Positions 13,732 to 26,970 are shown, counted from the first letter of the stretch. The stretch: DNA of 64,000 nucleotides from Chlorokybus atmophyticus (GCA_009103225.1 RHPI01000671.1:323944-387943), one strand, 5' to 3'. The notes: a model not told the origin generated them from the letters alone. Numbers and translations: made by a program.

Positions 13732-13956
13732 CGTGAGAGACGGTGTAATGACTGACCTTCGGTAACATGGGGTAATTCACAACCACCAACCTCTACGCAT
13801 GGACACTCTTGATGCATGTTACTCGGATGCGTGTGCAGTCACACGTGAGAGACGGTGTAATGACTGACCTTCGGTAACATGGGGTAATTCACAACCACCA
13901 ACCTCTACGCATGGACACTCTTGATGCATGTTACTCGGATGCGTGTGCAGTCACAC
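13732..13956. repeat. Exact tandem duplication, 2 x 112 bp
   Basis: CGTGAGAGACGGTGTAATGACTG... begins at 13732 and again at 13844. Confidence 0.95.
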
Positions 13957-14759
13957 AAGTGCATAAAGGTGCGTTCTATTAAAGGCGTTGATGAAAATAG
14001 CGGATAATAGGGTGCGGCTGATTGGGCGGTTTGATTGGGCCGGCCGGCATTAGGGCACAGAAATACATTACGTGGAAGCCATCACATACGGTACCCGCGA
14101 CTGCCGAACTGCGCGGAGTCGGAACCCCTCCGTCTACGGAGACGCCCGCGGCGACCCGCGGAGACACCGGACGGCCGGCGCGCGACCGGAACCCCGCCGC
14201 GCGGCCGGCGCCCCGCCGGCCCCGCGCGTCTCCGGTTAACCGAGGCGTCGGCGGTCGACGCGCACGCGCCGACGCTGACGCCATTAACGTCGGCGGCCAC
14301 ACCCGTTGCAATGGGGCGGTGGTCTGGGCGGGCGGGAAGGCGGCGAGCTCCTTGCCGCCTCCGCCCGGCAAGCAGCGGAGAGAGGGCGGCGGAGGGCAGG
14401 GTGGTGTGGGCGAAGCGGAGAGGGCAGGGTGGCGTGGGCGAACCGGAAGGTGGCGAGCTTTTCGCCGCCTGCTCCCTGCAGGCAGCGGAGAGACGGCTGC
14501 GCTGGGCAGGGTGGTGTGGGCCGGCGAGAGAGGGCGATGGGTGACTGGCGGTGCGTGGGGCGCGAGCGAAGCAGCTGCTTTGTCGTTTGTAGGTTACTTT
14601 TTCATAAGTGTTCAATCGTTGGCTTGTTAGCAGTCGCTGCAGTTGCAGGGGGTGTTCTGTGCCTAGGCTTGTTTATTTAATGAATGGCTTACAAGACTGC
14701 AAGAGGGTGTATTCTGACATTTGCAGGGTTGTTGTGTGTGTAGGCATACACGCACATTG

Positions 14760-15420
14760 CATGTAGCAACTGTAAGAGTGTGACTGGCGAACAATTGCAG
14801 TGTTTGTTTTAAGTGTATGCGTGCACACGCATGCAAGCGTACACACACACTATATGCACGCAGCAGCTGTACCAGTGTATGCGTGTGTACTTGACTGCGC
14901 ACGCACACTGCATGCAGCAACTGTAAGAGTGTGTGACTGGGGAACAATTGCAGTGTTTGTTATAAGTGTAGGCGTGCACAAGCATGCATGCGTACACTCA
15001 CACACACAATGCACGCAGCAGCCATTACATGTAGCAACTGTAAGAGTGTGACTGGCGAATAATTGCAGTGTTTGTTCTAAGTGTATGCGTGCACACGCAT
15101 GCAAGCGTACACACACACTATATGCACGCAGCAGCTGTACCAGTGTATGCGTGTGTACTTAACTGCGCAAGCACACTGCATGCAGCAACTGTAAGAGTGT
15201 GTGACTGGGGAACAATTGCAGTGTTTGTTATAGGTGTAGGCGTGCACAAGCATGCATGCGTACACTCACACACACAATGCACGCAGCAGCTGAACGGGTG
15301 TACTCGTGTGTACTTGACTTGTACTTGACTGGCAATAGTTGCAGGGTTTGTTGTATGTGTAGGCGTGCACATGCACGCGCACACACACGCACAGTGCACG
15401 CAGCAGCTGTACAAGTCTAA
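14760..15420. repeat. 268-bp tandem repeat (2 near-identical copies plus a degenerate third), each itself dimeric
   Basis: CATGTAGCAACTGTAAGAGTGTG at 14760 and 15028; ORF-track translations repeat with a 268-nt offset. Confidence 0.9.
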
Positions 15421-15776
15421 GTGTGTACATGACGGGCGACAGTTGTAGTGCTCAGTTGTATTGGTTAGCTAAGTTGTTTGAAAAAGAATTGGCCGTGGGT
15501 GGTCAGCCCAGTCATAGTGTAGGTGGTAGCTGAGTAACTAGATGAGTAAAGCCCCGTGGTAAGTAGTACTTGCTGCTGTTGGCATGATGTGCGCTCATTA
15601 CTTGAATGTAACATGCATGGACATACGCACCTCATTTCATGTACATTGTGGCACATGTATCTACATAACCAGCCAGCACCAATTCCCGCCCACTTCACTT
15701 ACAGGTACACTACCTAGACTTCAAGCATGGCTCAATGTGCTTATGTATACACACATGTACATGCTCAACTCTTAAC

Positions 15777-18700
15777 TCAATCAAGGCATGCCTCCTCTGC
15801 TCCTGCATCGTCATTCAAAGCTTTACGCTTGCCGGAGCGTTGCGCGCGCAGCTGATCACAAAGCTGTGTGATCGTCATTGCTTTTCCTCGACGGTGTTGT
15901 GCGGGGTCATTTCTGTGAGCATCAAGTCGCATTGCTGCATTCTCTTCAGATACGCCAAAGTCTTTGGCCGTCCTCATTATATGCTGATAGATGATGTTGC
16001 GCTTGTCGAAAAGCTTCGCCATGGCGCGGTCTCCTTGCCGCCAGGCTGTCTTATGCAATCGCATAAGCTTTCTGACCGCTGGTCCACCATCCAAGCCGGA
16101 TGTGTATTCGGTCCAGATGTCCACTACAGTCGACAACTCCTTCTGCAATTGACATTTTGGCGGAATGCCGCGTGCGTTCGACTTAGATTGAGGGAGTGGT
16201 TGCGATATCAATGCACAACGTGTATCTCTGGCAGGTGCTGCGGAGCGTACGTTATTGCCTGCTGAGCTGTCCGCTCCGAAGTGCACTCCCTGTTGTGCAA
16301 ATCCTTCACGCATGAAGCGCTCCATGCGAGTGAGTCTCACATCCACAGACGCCTCGAAAGCAATCAGCATCTGCTGCTGCGCTGTCACGTGGTCCATCAC
16401 CATCTGCAGTAGCCGCTCTTGCTGTCGCATGATGGCGGCAATCTGCACAATGGTTAATATTAACATGTATTTAAATATACTGGTTGTATATTGAAATGAG
16501 TTTGACACATTACATTACATGCTCAAAATAACATACTCGATCAGGCAGTGTGTCGTACTGTGGGTTTGGCGCAGCCATTGACTGATCGTGAGCAACACAT
16601 ACTTGTGCGGCCCAAGCCTCAAACTCTGGAGTCTGGAACATAGGGTGTGCACATACGCTCAGAGCGGCGAATCCGCACTGCTGCACATCGCCCCGCGTAA
16701 ACGTTATGTCACGGCGCATCACAGCTACATCCTGAGTGATCAATACAACAAGTTATGCATTGTTCACATATGGGCAATGAAAATTTGCATTACCCCATAA
16801 CGTTAAGCACGTTTCTGACCTGAGCAATGACGTCACGCATGTAATCGAGGAACTCGCAGTGCTTGTAAGCGGCATAATCGGTCTGACCGGACGCTCGCTC
16901 TCTCTGGCAATACACGCTTGTTATTAAATAATTGAATAAATAATAATACAACATACACAAACAAACACATCATGTCTGCTCATACCGCGCGTATCGCCTC
17001 CATAGCCTCATTAAGCCATGGGAAAATCTCATGCCGTAGTGTATGCGGTAGTAAAAATCGAGAGCGCGCCAAAAAGTATTTCGATGACAGTTGCTCACCA
17101 CCGTGCCCGGCTATTACAGCGCAAGTAGCCACGTCCAACTTGATGACGTACGACAATGAAAAGTGCTCATTGTTCCATCTTCCATTCTGCTTAATCCCTT
17201 GCTCTGTAGCGCTGCATAGCATAAGTATATAAGTTTACGTGCTCGCAGCCATTCATCATTGAAGCAACAACACATGTAAGACTTACCCTGCATTCATAGC
17301 TTGCTGCGATGACTCCTTTCGCGAAGCATGTACCTTCTGCCTCCCGCGCACAATATCGCACTCTTTAAACGCCTCACAAGCGTTAACGTACTGCTGCTTG
17401 TATGACAGGTGCTTGCTGGGGTCTTCTCCTGGAAACAGTGGTTCTGCATACCTGTTGAAATGATCACAAATGTGTTGACTTAATCATATACGTTGCTTCT
17501 ATAACTCAGTCATATACGTTGCATTTATCGTGAGTTATAGCTATAACACGAGCAGCATTGACAGACTTTACACACTAACCAAGCTGCTCGTGTTGAGAAG
17601 TCTGGCGGTGGGCGCTCCTGCAAGTGATACTTATGGAAGAGGTGCATCGCCATTGCGTTCTGCCAGCACGCTACTGGGTTCCAATGCCCGAGCCCGCCAA
17701 AGTATTCAACTCCACCATTCTGTTGAACAAACATATTTGTGGTTAACTTATGTGGTATCGCATGCATTGTGCATTAAAATCTTATTAAATCAAGCCGTGC
17801 GCATGCAACATATATACCTTGTTCATTTTGCCGTTTCGAGACACAAAGCACAGGATGACGCCTTGATCCGGGCCTAAAAAGGTCTTGTCGGGCTTGTAGA
17901 TGAAAAGATCGCAGATCTCTACAGCGCGAGAAACATCTCCACGCGTGAGACACACGTGCCGTAAACACAAATCAAGCCTAGAGTGCATACACAAAATGTT
18001 AGACAATAAACATAATGCGAACACAAGCATCTAACTACTGTACATACCGTGCTCTCAGTGCTGCTGCCTGTTTTGCTGCGTTCCCTGATCGCAGCGCCTT
18101 TTGCAACCAATACTCGCTCATCCGTTGATAATCATCTGCAGTGTACGACTCCGCACCCGTGCCGGCCAACCGATCGCGAAACTCACTGTAATAACAATCA
18201 AACTATAATGCATAAGGTAACTAAATAAGCAGTTGTGCAATGAAACATACTTAGACTGCAATATGTGTAATACACACACATGCTCGAAGTGTAGTACATG
18301 CATGCAGTGCTTACGCTTTTGCTTTGCTGGAGATGTTTCGTTTGGCTACATTCAAGATAAGCTGTACTGCTTGCTTCTTTCGCAAGTCTTCAGGAAAACA
18401 GTCATCTACAACACTTTGATCTTTCAAAGCATCTTGCAAGCCCTTCACATAATTCTCCAAAGTGCTCCAAGACTGGTCTTGTTTGGAGATTAGAAACTCT
18501 AACGCGCGATCAATGGTTACGCGCGTTAGTAGGCCATGCTCTGTGCACCAACCCTGCAAACATGTACATGCACACTTCAGTCAGCATGCCATCATGTCGT
18601 CACACATTATGTTGATGCTCCAAGACACTTAGGCCTCATACCTCATAAGCCTTCACAGCGCGTGTATAGGCAGCTCTTGTGGACGATGGTCGAGCTGCTT

Positions 18701-18785
18701 GCTTGGCCGATAAGAGATCCGACACTGTTCCTCTGCGTAACGGCGCATGCTGCATATTATCATCATTAAAGTCTTCGTTGTCCAT
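15777..18785 (-). CDS. Crypton (CryptonF-type) tyrosine recombinase with Ndc10-II-like core and C-terminal GCR1_C domain; apparently intact, 10 exons
   Basis: Hand-spliced GT-AG exons read through without stops: RPSSTRAAY..WC, FRDRLAGTG, RLDLCLRHVCLTRGD, RNGKMNKNGGVEYFG, PPPDFSTRAAWY, KVHASRK, NGRWN..SLSY, YFLAR..IFPW, and GCR1_C-like TVVDIWTEYTSGLDGGPAVRKL...W...KRNIIYQHI. Confidence 0.9.
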
Positions 18786-18819
18786 TGTGGCTTGACGGGC
18801 GTTCCTGCCCACACCTCAT

Positions 18820-19214
18820 TGAGTTGCCATAGCAAGACACAACAACAGCAACAACACAACCACCAGCCCTTGTGCTGGTCGTTGTTGTTGTTGCCACAGC
18901 AAGACACAACAACAACCACAACAACCACAACAGCAACAACAACGACCAGCACAAGGGCTGGTCGTTGTTGTTGCCACAGCAAGACACACCAACAACAATA
19001 ACAACCGCAACAAGTGCTGGTTGTTGTTGTTGCGGCTACAGCAAGACACAACGACAACAACAACAACAGCAACAACAACCACCAGCACTTGTGCTGGTCG
19101 TTGTTGTTGTTGTTGTTGTTGTGTCTTACTGTGGCACTTGTGCTGGTCGTTGTTGTTGTTGCCACAGCAAGACACAACAACAACAACAAGCACTTGCTGT
19201 TGCCACAGCAAGTC

Positions 19215-19257
<43 letters not shown>

Positions 19258-19450
19258 GCACGGACGCTTGTTGTTGTTGCCACCGCAAGACACAACAACA
19301 ACAACAAGCGCTAAGTGTTGCAACATCAAGACACAACAACAACAACAACAACAACCAGCAGCACAAGTGCTGGTTGTTGTTGTTGTTGCCACAGCAAGAC
19401 ACAACAACAAGAGCTTGTGCTTGTTGTTGTGGTTGTGGCAACACTTAGCA
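18820..19450. repeat. Fold-back minisatellite: GCCACAGCAAGACAC-(AAC)n-CAGCACaaGTGCTG-(GTT)n units
   Basis: About 9 copies of GCCACAGCAAGACAC-like cores, separated by AAC tracts and complementary GTT tracts around a short palindrome. Confidence 0.85.
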
Positions 19451-21179
19451 AGCAACAGCAACAACATGGACGACATATGCTTACAGGGTTGATGTCGCTG
19501 TGTGATGTCGCTGTGAATCCTTGCTTTGCTGCCGTGAGCTACACCCGCTCCTGACATGCCGCACCTGCATGTACGCGTGTAAGCGCGCATATTGCAAAGA
19601 CAGAGTGATAGAGCATGTGCATGGTCATGCGTGCGTGTATGTATGGCCAAGTGTGTGCTTTGTGTGCGTTGGTGCAACGATTTGCCCTCCCCACCCCCTT
19701 ACGCACAGGAACCACCGCCCTACGCACACATCCTTACGCACAGCAGCCTGTTGTGCGTAAGTATGGCTCCACCGCAGCTTGGTGCTTTAAGCCGTGCACT
19801 GCAAGCGCAGGCAGCGCCTGCACCCTTAACTTATCTAATCCATGAGAGCATTACAACCCCTTTTCCCACTCCTTCAAGCTACTTTTAGCGCCGCCGCCGC
19901 CGCCGCCGCCAACGTCAACGCCAACCTGACGCTCACTGGCTCACTGTTAAGCGTTAATCTCGTAACGCTTAGGCTGGGGGGAGAGGAAAACTTAACCTAA
20001 TCACTACTTGGTTATGTACATATAACGTACCTAACCTAAATGACTGGCGGAGACATAATTGTCTACACACATAGCCGGCACACTGTCTACGTAGACAATT
20101 ATCAATACATATACGCGTTCGGTATCATACGGCGGGATGCGCGGCCCGCCTGCCTCTCATTGGCTAGACGGCGACTACGAAAATTTGGCCGTTGGATTTA
20201 GTTTTCAAAAAACTTGACCGTCCGTAGCACATCCCCACTTCATGCAACTGCTCAACAAGTATGCGAATATCAATGAGCACAACAACAAGGTGCACATATG
20301 CCGGCATGTTGTTTCATGTAGTCCACATACCTATTAAGGTAGTAGATTAAGTAATAGCAATATGACCATGTTATGTATAGCGGTTTGCAGTGCCTAACAT
20401 TGAGGTTACAATCAGCAATATAACGCTAACCTTAAACACCTTAACGTTAAGATTCAGTTAAACAGAAAGCCTAGCGCCGTTAGACCACCATTCGGTTGTA
20501 TAATCTACAGAGCAAATGGTGTATAGACGTTGACAAGGGCCGTTGCCACGAAAAAGCACAAAAATGCCAATCATTGCAAAAATGCTCAAAAATAACTTAA
20601 AGGCATTCCGGCGGCAACTCCATTCCTAACGGTGAATCCAAGTACGAGCTTTTTTGCGCTAACTTGGCGACAGCTATCGGTTAAGATGCGCGCTTTGGTG
20701 GTACGAGGTCGGGGCGAGCCCCATAACCCCAACATTTGCCGCCATCAGCAACCAGCACTGTAATGAATTGACGTACTGCTACTGAACTAATTGATTGTAT
20801 CTGTCGTTGATGTTCCATTAAATATGGTCTTCAGCCGATATGCGCTGGTTGCCACTTTGTTATCTGTATTGATTATGCATGCTTTCGCAAGCGTTGCCTT
20901 CATACTTGCGATCCATACCAAGAAATGTGTATAAAGTTGCATACTTGGCATACAAGGAATGCGCCTCCGGTAATAAATTAGCGGTGATGCTCATTGCAAG
21001 CTAGCGTCGGTCCTATTAACCATGGTAAACGGTCTACGGCCGCGGTCTCTAATTGGCGTCAGTGCTGGCATCGTCGGATACAAACAATGTAGATCGTGGC
21101 CGTTTAACAGACATCCCTATTTAATTACTCTAACATATAGTACATAAAAATGAGCACAGCCACGTGCATTTGACGCCAC

Positions 21180-24100
21180 ATGGCAAAACTAATCTAATCT
21201 AGATTTACGCCATAACCATAAATCACGTGCACGTGCCCCTCGCAGTGGAATTTCCATCACATCACATTTGGCTGCTCATAATGAATAGCAAAACGTAGCA
21301 ACCGCTATGCCGCTTCGCTCGAATACACCGCGTAAAAGTAAATCACGTGCTCCCCCTCGCAGTGGATTTGCAATCACATCACATTTAACAGCTCATAATG
21401 ACTAGCAAATTGTAGCAACCGCTATGCTGCTTCGCTCGAAGACACATACCGTCCGTCAATGTACATATGAACCTCGTCCACCCATAGTGCACCGGCTTCG
21501 CTGCCATCGACGGATTGCAACTTGTAGGTTGCCCTATCGTGACCCTCGTATGCATATTTATCTATGTACATTACAGCCGTCACGTTGGTGCAAATCTCCA
21601 CATTAATGTGTGCGTTGTACCTCAATTACGTCTATGGGGAGTAAGGTACAACCCAACAGTTATCGAGATCAACCGTCACCATATTGCCCGTCATTGGGTC
21701 TTTCACCGTCTTTTGACAACTGTACGGTTGTCCTTACGACATCTGTACGCGGGGTAGCTTGGCTGCGACACGTCGGTCAAATCCAAAAATTGCTTGGGGA
21801 AATCTTTGCTGCATATCGGCTTGCAATCAGGTTCTTTTTCCATGCAGGGTGATTCCTTGTTCATCGCCCCACATGGTACGTGTATCATGCAGCTGGTTAC
21901 GATGTCGTACAGCTCGCGCGCGTTTGTGTGATCAGGGATTTCAGCACATACATTCTAATGAATCTCCTTAGTGGTACAGGGTACGTCATCGAGATGTAAC
22001 AGTATTGAAATATGCGCGTGCGGTAGCCCCTGTCACAAAAAACATAGGTTGAGACGTCGTGTGCATTTACATTTGCACAAACACGTGATAGCTGTATTGT
22101 GCTTAAGTGTACATTTACATCCCTATTGTTAACTACCATTGTGGATTTGCCTTTTGGCCATTCAATGACACATCAAAACACCTCGCCATGTTGTGTGTCT
22201 CGCAGCAGTTGTTTGAGCTAAGTAAGTTAAATACGCGACTGACGATGTTCAGATGATGGTTGGGTTGTTCACTGGGGCGCAGCTCTCGTGATTTCTTCCC
22301 ATTCTCCATTACATGTGAAAGTCACAAGTATATATCGAGAACGCCGAGCTTGCGTATGATTGCCATCGAATTATAATATAACATAATACAGCTGCACCAT
22401 TGCTCTTGGCGTGCCTTATGATGACGATGGTAGGATTATCTTGCCCCACATCACGCCCTTGTACATTCTCGTCGTTGGCCACAGTATCCGCCAACCCTGC
22501 AACACATGTACATAGTCCAACACGGGTGCCTTGTATAGCGCTTGCTGTATGGTGATGATTGTACTTAAGTAGTAGGATTATGCACATACGGTAGTATGAT
22601 GTAATGTCATTATGCGTGGCATGCATACCTCGATAGCAATCAGCTCGTACTTCTTTTTTATGGGGCCGAATGCAAAGCAGGAGTTTGTCGTCTATTTTGC
22701 ACCAATTGGGTAACAGCCACTCCTCGTACAGGCGCTGGCCGCGTGAACATTGCACTCGTGTATTGTCGATCTCGACCTCGCATCCAGTAAGCAGCATACT
22801 CTCTGGCAGTCCTTGTGCGCGTGCTTCCTTATGGCGCAATCGTTGGCTCTTCCGGATCCTCCATTTCGTCAACATGTTATTTGTTGTCATCGGCGTCCGC
22901 CCACGCATTGCTTGCTGCTTTAGGTTTTATTTTTGGGGAATGCCCCAATACCAACCCTCCTCGCCTTGAAGGTGCAGCAACACAAATTGCATTGGATCAT
23001 TGGCCGCATACAAGGAGTCAATCTTCTGCACAGCGCCATCGTGGCGCTGTGCAGAAGATTGATGAGTAAGGTGACCCTACTCATGATAACGTGTCGTAAA
23101 TCCACATGCTGCTTGCTAAGGCACATGTATACGCGTGTCATTGCCAAGTGGCTCTTGCATCATCATGTAATACAGCTTACCCAATAGCGGATGACAATAT
23201 CGCAACAGTTGCACTCTTCGACGTTGTCTCCTATGAAAAGGTATAGATGCGGCCAGTTCTTTAGCTGCATGGGTGCATTGTAACGCCGCTTATCGAGTGT
23301 ACCATCCAGATGTGATACACCAGAGCCCAATTTTCAGCTTCCTAGTCTCTCACTTCTTCGTGAGATGTCCGAACATTGCGCACGTATTTGTTTTGCGACA
23401 GCAGCATCTCATGCAGCTCATTTAACAGCGCGGAGTAAGATACATTCGGTCAATGCCGATATAAATTGGGCCTCTGCTTCTTTGCCGCATTTGGATCAAT
23501 AATGTAGAGCTGGGCTGATATCGGGTCATGCCCTATTTTGGACACCAATGGACTGACCCGATGATCGCTATTACCGTGCAAGCTCATCATCCGCACATCA
23601 GTGTCCAGTCGTTCATTGCAAGCGCTGTCATCGCTCTACAATATTAACAACCAAGATTAATACCCGAATGCGCAATTGCGTTTGCAATCCACTATAATAC
23701 CTAGTTGTTCATTAATGTCGATGCCATTCCCACGTTGAGATTGCATTTACGTATGTGCTTGCGGAAACTTTGCGCGCGAAAAGTGTCTTGTGTTTGTAGC
23801 TGCAGCAATGGAGCTTACAAGCGGCGTGCTAGTGGAAATGATGACATCAAGTCCACCTAACCTTCCATGCAGCAGATTGCACATCCTTTCGTAGCCCTTT
23901 CACCTTTTTAAACTTTTGTGTAGCAGCTAAGACATTCCACGCGCACCCCAATCCGCTTCGTATGTTGCGCCTCATTCTCGTGTCATTGAACCCGTCTGTG
24001 TAGCGAGCTTCCGTATAGCTTCAAAGTTGCTGCATTGCGGCAGGTTTATGCGGTTGCTGCGCCGCGTCTTGCTGTCGCTGCTCTACGAACAGATAATAAT

Positions 24101-25250
24101 CTTATTGTTGCTGATGCGACGTTGATGTTGACGCTGCGCCTCGTTAAATAGGCGTCGCTGCACGAGTTTCTTTAGATTGACGCTGACATGATTGTGCATG
24201 TTGTGATGCGTGAATCTAATAACGTCGGATATCGGTTTTTGGAGTTTGCTTTGCACAAATATTTTGCATGCGTGCAGCATTTTTTCGTTTTTCATTTGTT
24301 GTGGGATTCACTTGAAGCTGCCGCGTTCGCCGTGCTGTCAATTTGCTTGACTGCATTCGGCATAGCATTGTCGCGCGCATTGTCTTGAGCTTCGTGTTCA
24401 TGTTGACCATTGCATTCATGCTCATCTGATTGCTGATGCAATGGCGCAGCCAAAGTGGATGCGATCGAGCGGTGCATGTGGTGGACTTTTACGGAGAGAC
24501 CGATCATCTTCAGAAGACAGCGTGATCTTTTACTGCATCATGCGCTTTTGTGGCGTGTATGCTGCCTTGAGCAAGTTGCAATCTGTGTCACGCTGACGGA
24601 ATGTAAGCAATGAAGCCAATGGTATGTTCGACACTCGAGCTCGCCAAGCCTGCCCATCAGCTAGAGCGTAATTTAAGTTGTATGCTCCGGTGGGTCGTTG
24701 CCGCCGTTGTTGCACTGCATGGCTGCGGCTTGCAGAATGGACTCGCGAGATGCAATTAACGCTTGTTGCAAAGCCTCCAATCCAGCGCGTACAGCAGCTA
24801 GCGTCACCATCGGATGTTGCGGATGACAATGTTGCTCTTTGTCATGTTGAACGCTTTAAATGACAGGCGCCCCACCACATATAGCTGCTTGCATCATCGG
24901 TTGCTGCTCGCTCTCATGCGCAATACTTGTTGTGGCTGTCACCGTTGCTGCAAGAGAGGTGGTACGGTAACGCGCGGTCGCTGTTAAAACGTAATCATTA
25001 ATCTATGGTCGCTTTGTCTGCAATGGTACCCATTGCGGCTTAAATTGTTCTCCTTGTTGCTACTTTTGTTCACATATTTTCTTCTGCGCTTGCGCCTGCT
25101 GATACTGTTCGCGTCGCCACTATAATCGTGTTGCACATTGCCCACTGCTCTCGTTATCATGCCTGCGTCGATCGGATGCCGCTTTTGCATACTTCCGTTG
25201 CTCACTCCCACATGCATACGGTCTTCCGTATTGCAACTCAATCACTCGCC
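21180..25250 (-). mobile_element. Decayed Helitron RepHel (Rep/HUH region; helicase not recognised)
   Basis: Collinear fragments broken by stops and frameshifts: GQRLYEEW..CKIDD..RADCYRGM; GKIILPSSS*GTPRAM...TFTCNGEWEEI; VIEWPK; AEIPD..LYDIVTSCMIHVPCG..SPCM..CSKDFPKQF..YPAYR; RYNAHINVEIC..YIDKYAYEGHDRA..DEVHMYIDGRYVSSSEAA. Confidence 0.9.
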
Positions 25251-25404
25251 TGCACATTAACATGACTTGAAGCAGAGAACCCTTTTCTTAAAGTTTTCGT
25301 AATCTGAGTTCGGTATACATGCTCCCCTGTACAGCTTGCCCCGCAAAGCTACACACAACATACAGTCTATTCCCAAATGATACGTACAATATGCATCCCT
25401 TACT

Positions 25405-25900
25405 CTATGAGTCTCCGCTACCCTCCGTACTACCATGGAATAACCTACACGGCTCTTGAGTGCAGCTGTCAAACACTCCGCGCCAACACACTTGGCGACT
25501 TGATGCTGCTTTGTTTGACAAACTTTGCAACAACTGATCAGTCCCTGACTCTGTATGCCATATAACATAGCGATCATACAATCCTTGCCGCTCCATCTGT
25601 TTTGCAAGGCGCACCGCTGCCTTGTTAACCACTTGTTCTTCCCACCTAGCTACTTAAACCTTCAACTTGACATTCTCATCAATCAACAGTCCATTCTGAA
25701 GCTCGGACTCCATCTTCAGTCTTCTGAACTTGGACTCATACCGCTCATACCGACGCTAGTACTCATCACGTTTAAATCGCATTGACTCAAGCCCTTCACG
25801 AAAACGACCAACTTTCACTTCAAGTTAACGCTTCCCGCTTTAATATTGCCTCTGCCGCTTCCACTCTGAGTCTCGCTGTGCGATCAACCCCTCTTCCACC
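25405..25900 (-). pseudogene. Decayed charged coiled-coil reading frame next to the Helitron (probably element-derived)
   Basis: One frame reads KKVEEGLIAQRDSEWKRQRQY*SGKR*LEVK..DEY*RRYERYESKFRRLKMESELQ..KV*VARWEEQVVNKAAVRLAKQMERQ with four TAA/TAG stops. Confidence 0.4.
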
Positions 25901-26721
25901 TTCTTGCATGCTTTTGGACATCACTGCATATTATAACTCAATCCATCAACTTAGAATTGATGAGCAAAAAACACAACATAATTTCTATGCCCTTTGTTTG
26001 ATCCAGTTTGGTCTTTGATTTGATTTTTAATTTGATTGCCAAAAGGCCAGAGAGTTGATGCAGGTTGTACCTCTCAGAAGCGTTGTTGGAGATGCGGACA
26101 ACATGCCAAGATGGATTGTTAAGCGTGTGAGGAAGCGTATGCGCGTATGCCTGCACAGACACACGGATGAGCAAGCGTTCCTGCAACTGTATGTGTGCAT
26201 GAACGAACGAGTAAGTGCAACTATCAATACCCTACCCACCCCACCTGACATAAATACAGGCAGACTGCCTCCCCAACCCCCCACTGTCATTTCTCATCAA
26301 CATACCTTGCTAGGAATCAGCTGTGGCAAGGTCGAGGGACAACTGGTAGAGAGATCGGTTGCTTGTCTGATCTGGCCAACTTGCCAAAATTTTATGCGTG
26401 CAACTCCTGCACACACCAGCGCATGCGTTAGTGGAAGGGGAGAGGGGGAGGGGGAGGGAGGCGTATTGTGTAAACCTTGTGTGTGAAATAGGAGCACCAT
26501 ATGCACACACACGGGCATGGGTGGAAGAGGCGAGCATGCGCGCACATCAACAAACCTTGAAGACTGCAGGGGTTGGGGGGCTGACTGGCTATGGACTGGC
26601 TGATGCCTAGCTCTTATATGTACAGCTCATATTACACACCTGCGCAAGCGTTGGTGGAAGAAGAGGGACTAGGTGGGGGAGGCGAGCATGCATACATGCT
26701 CACACGCGCGCACGCGCGCGC

Positions 26722-26970
<249 letters not shown>

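Noticed and set aside
14022-14680. Overlapping Arg/Gly/Ala-rich ORFs
   Set aside because: Open in many frames because of extreme GC content; no domain similarity.
18820-19450. CRISPR-like array
   Set aside because: Eukaryotic context, spacers are microsatellite rather than unique, and no cas genes are present.
18653-19492. Long poly-Cys/Val/Leu/Thr/Gln ORFs
   Set aside because: Translation artefacts of the AAC/GTT minisatellite.
19948-19971. 9-bp hairpin as the Helitron 3' terminal hairpin
   Set aside because: AT-rich stem with no CTRR at the expected distance on either strand.
25405-25900. Non-canonical genetic code (TAA/TAG = Gln, as in some ulvophytes)
   Set aside because: Intact genes, including an 802-codon ORF, use only CAA/CAG for Gln with no in-frame TAR. 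AIP1 ends in TAA exactly where homologs end. TAR stops are confined to decayed repeats.
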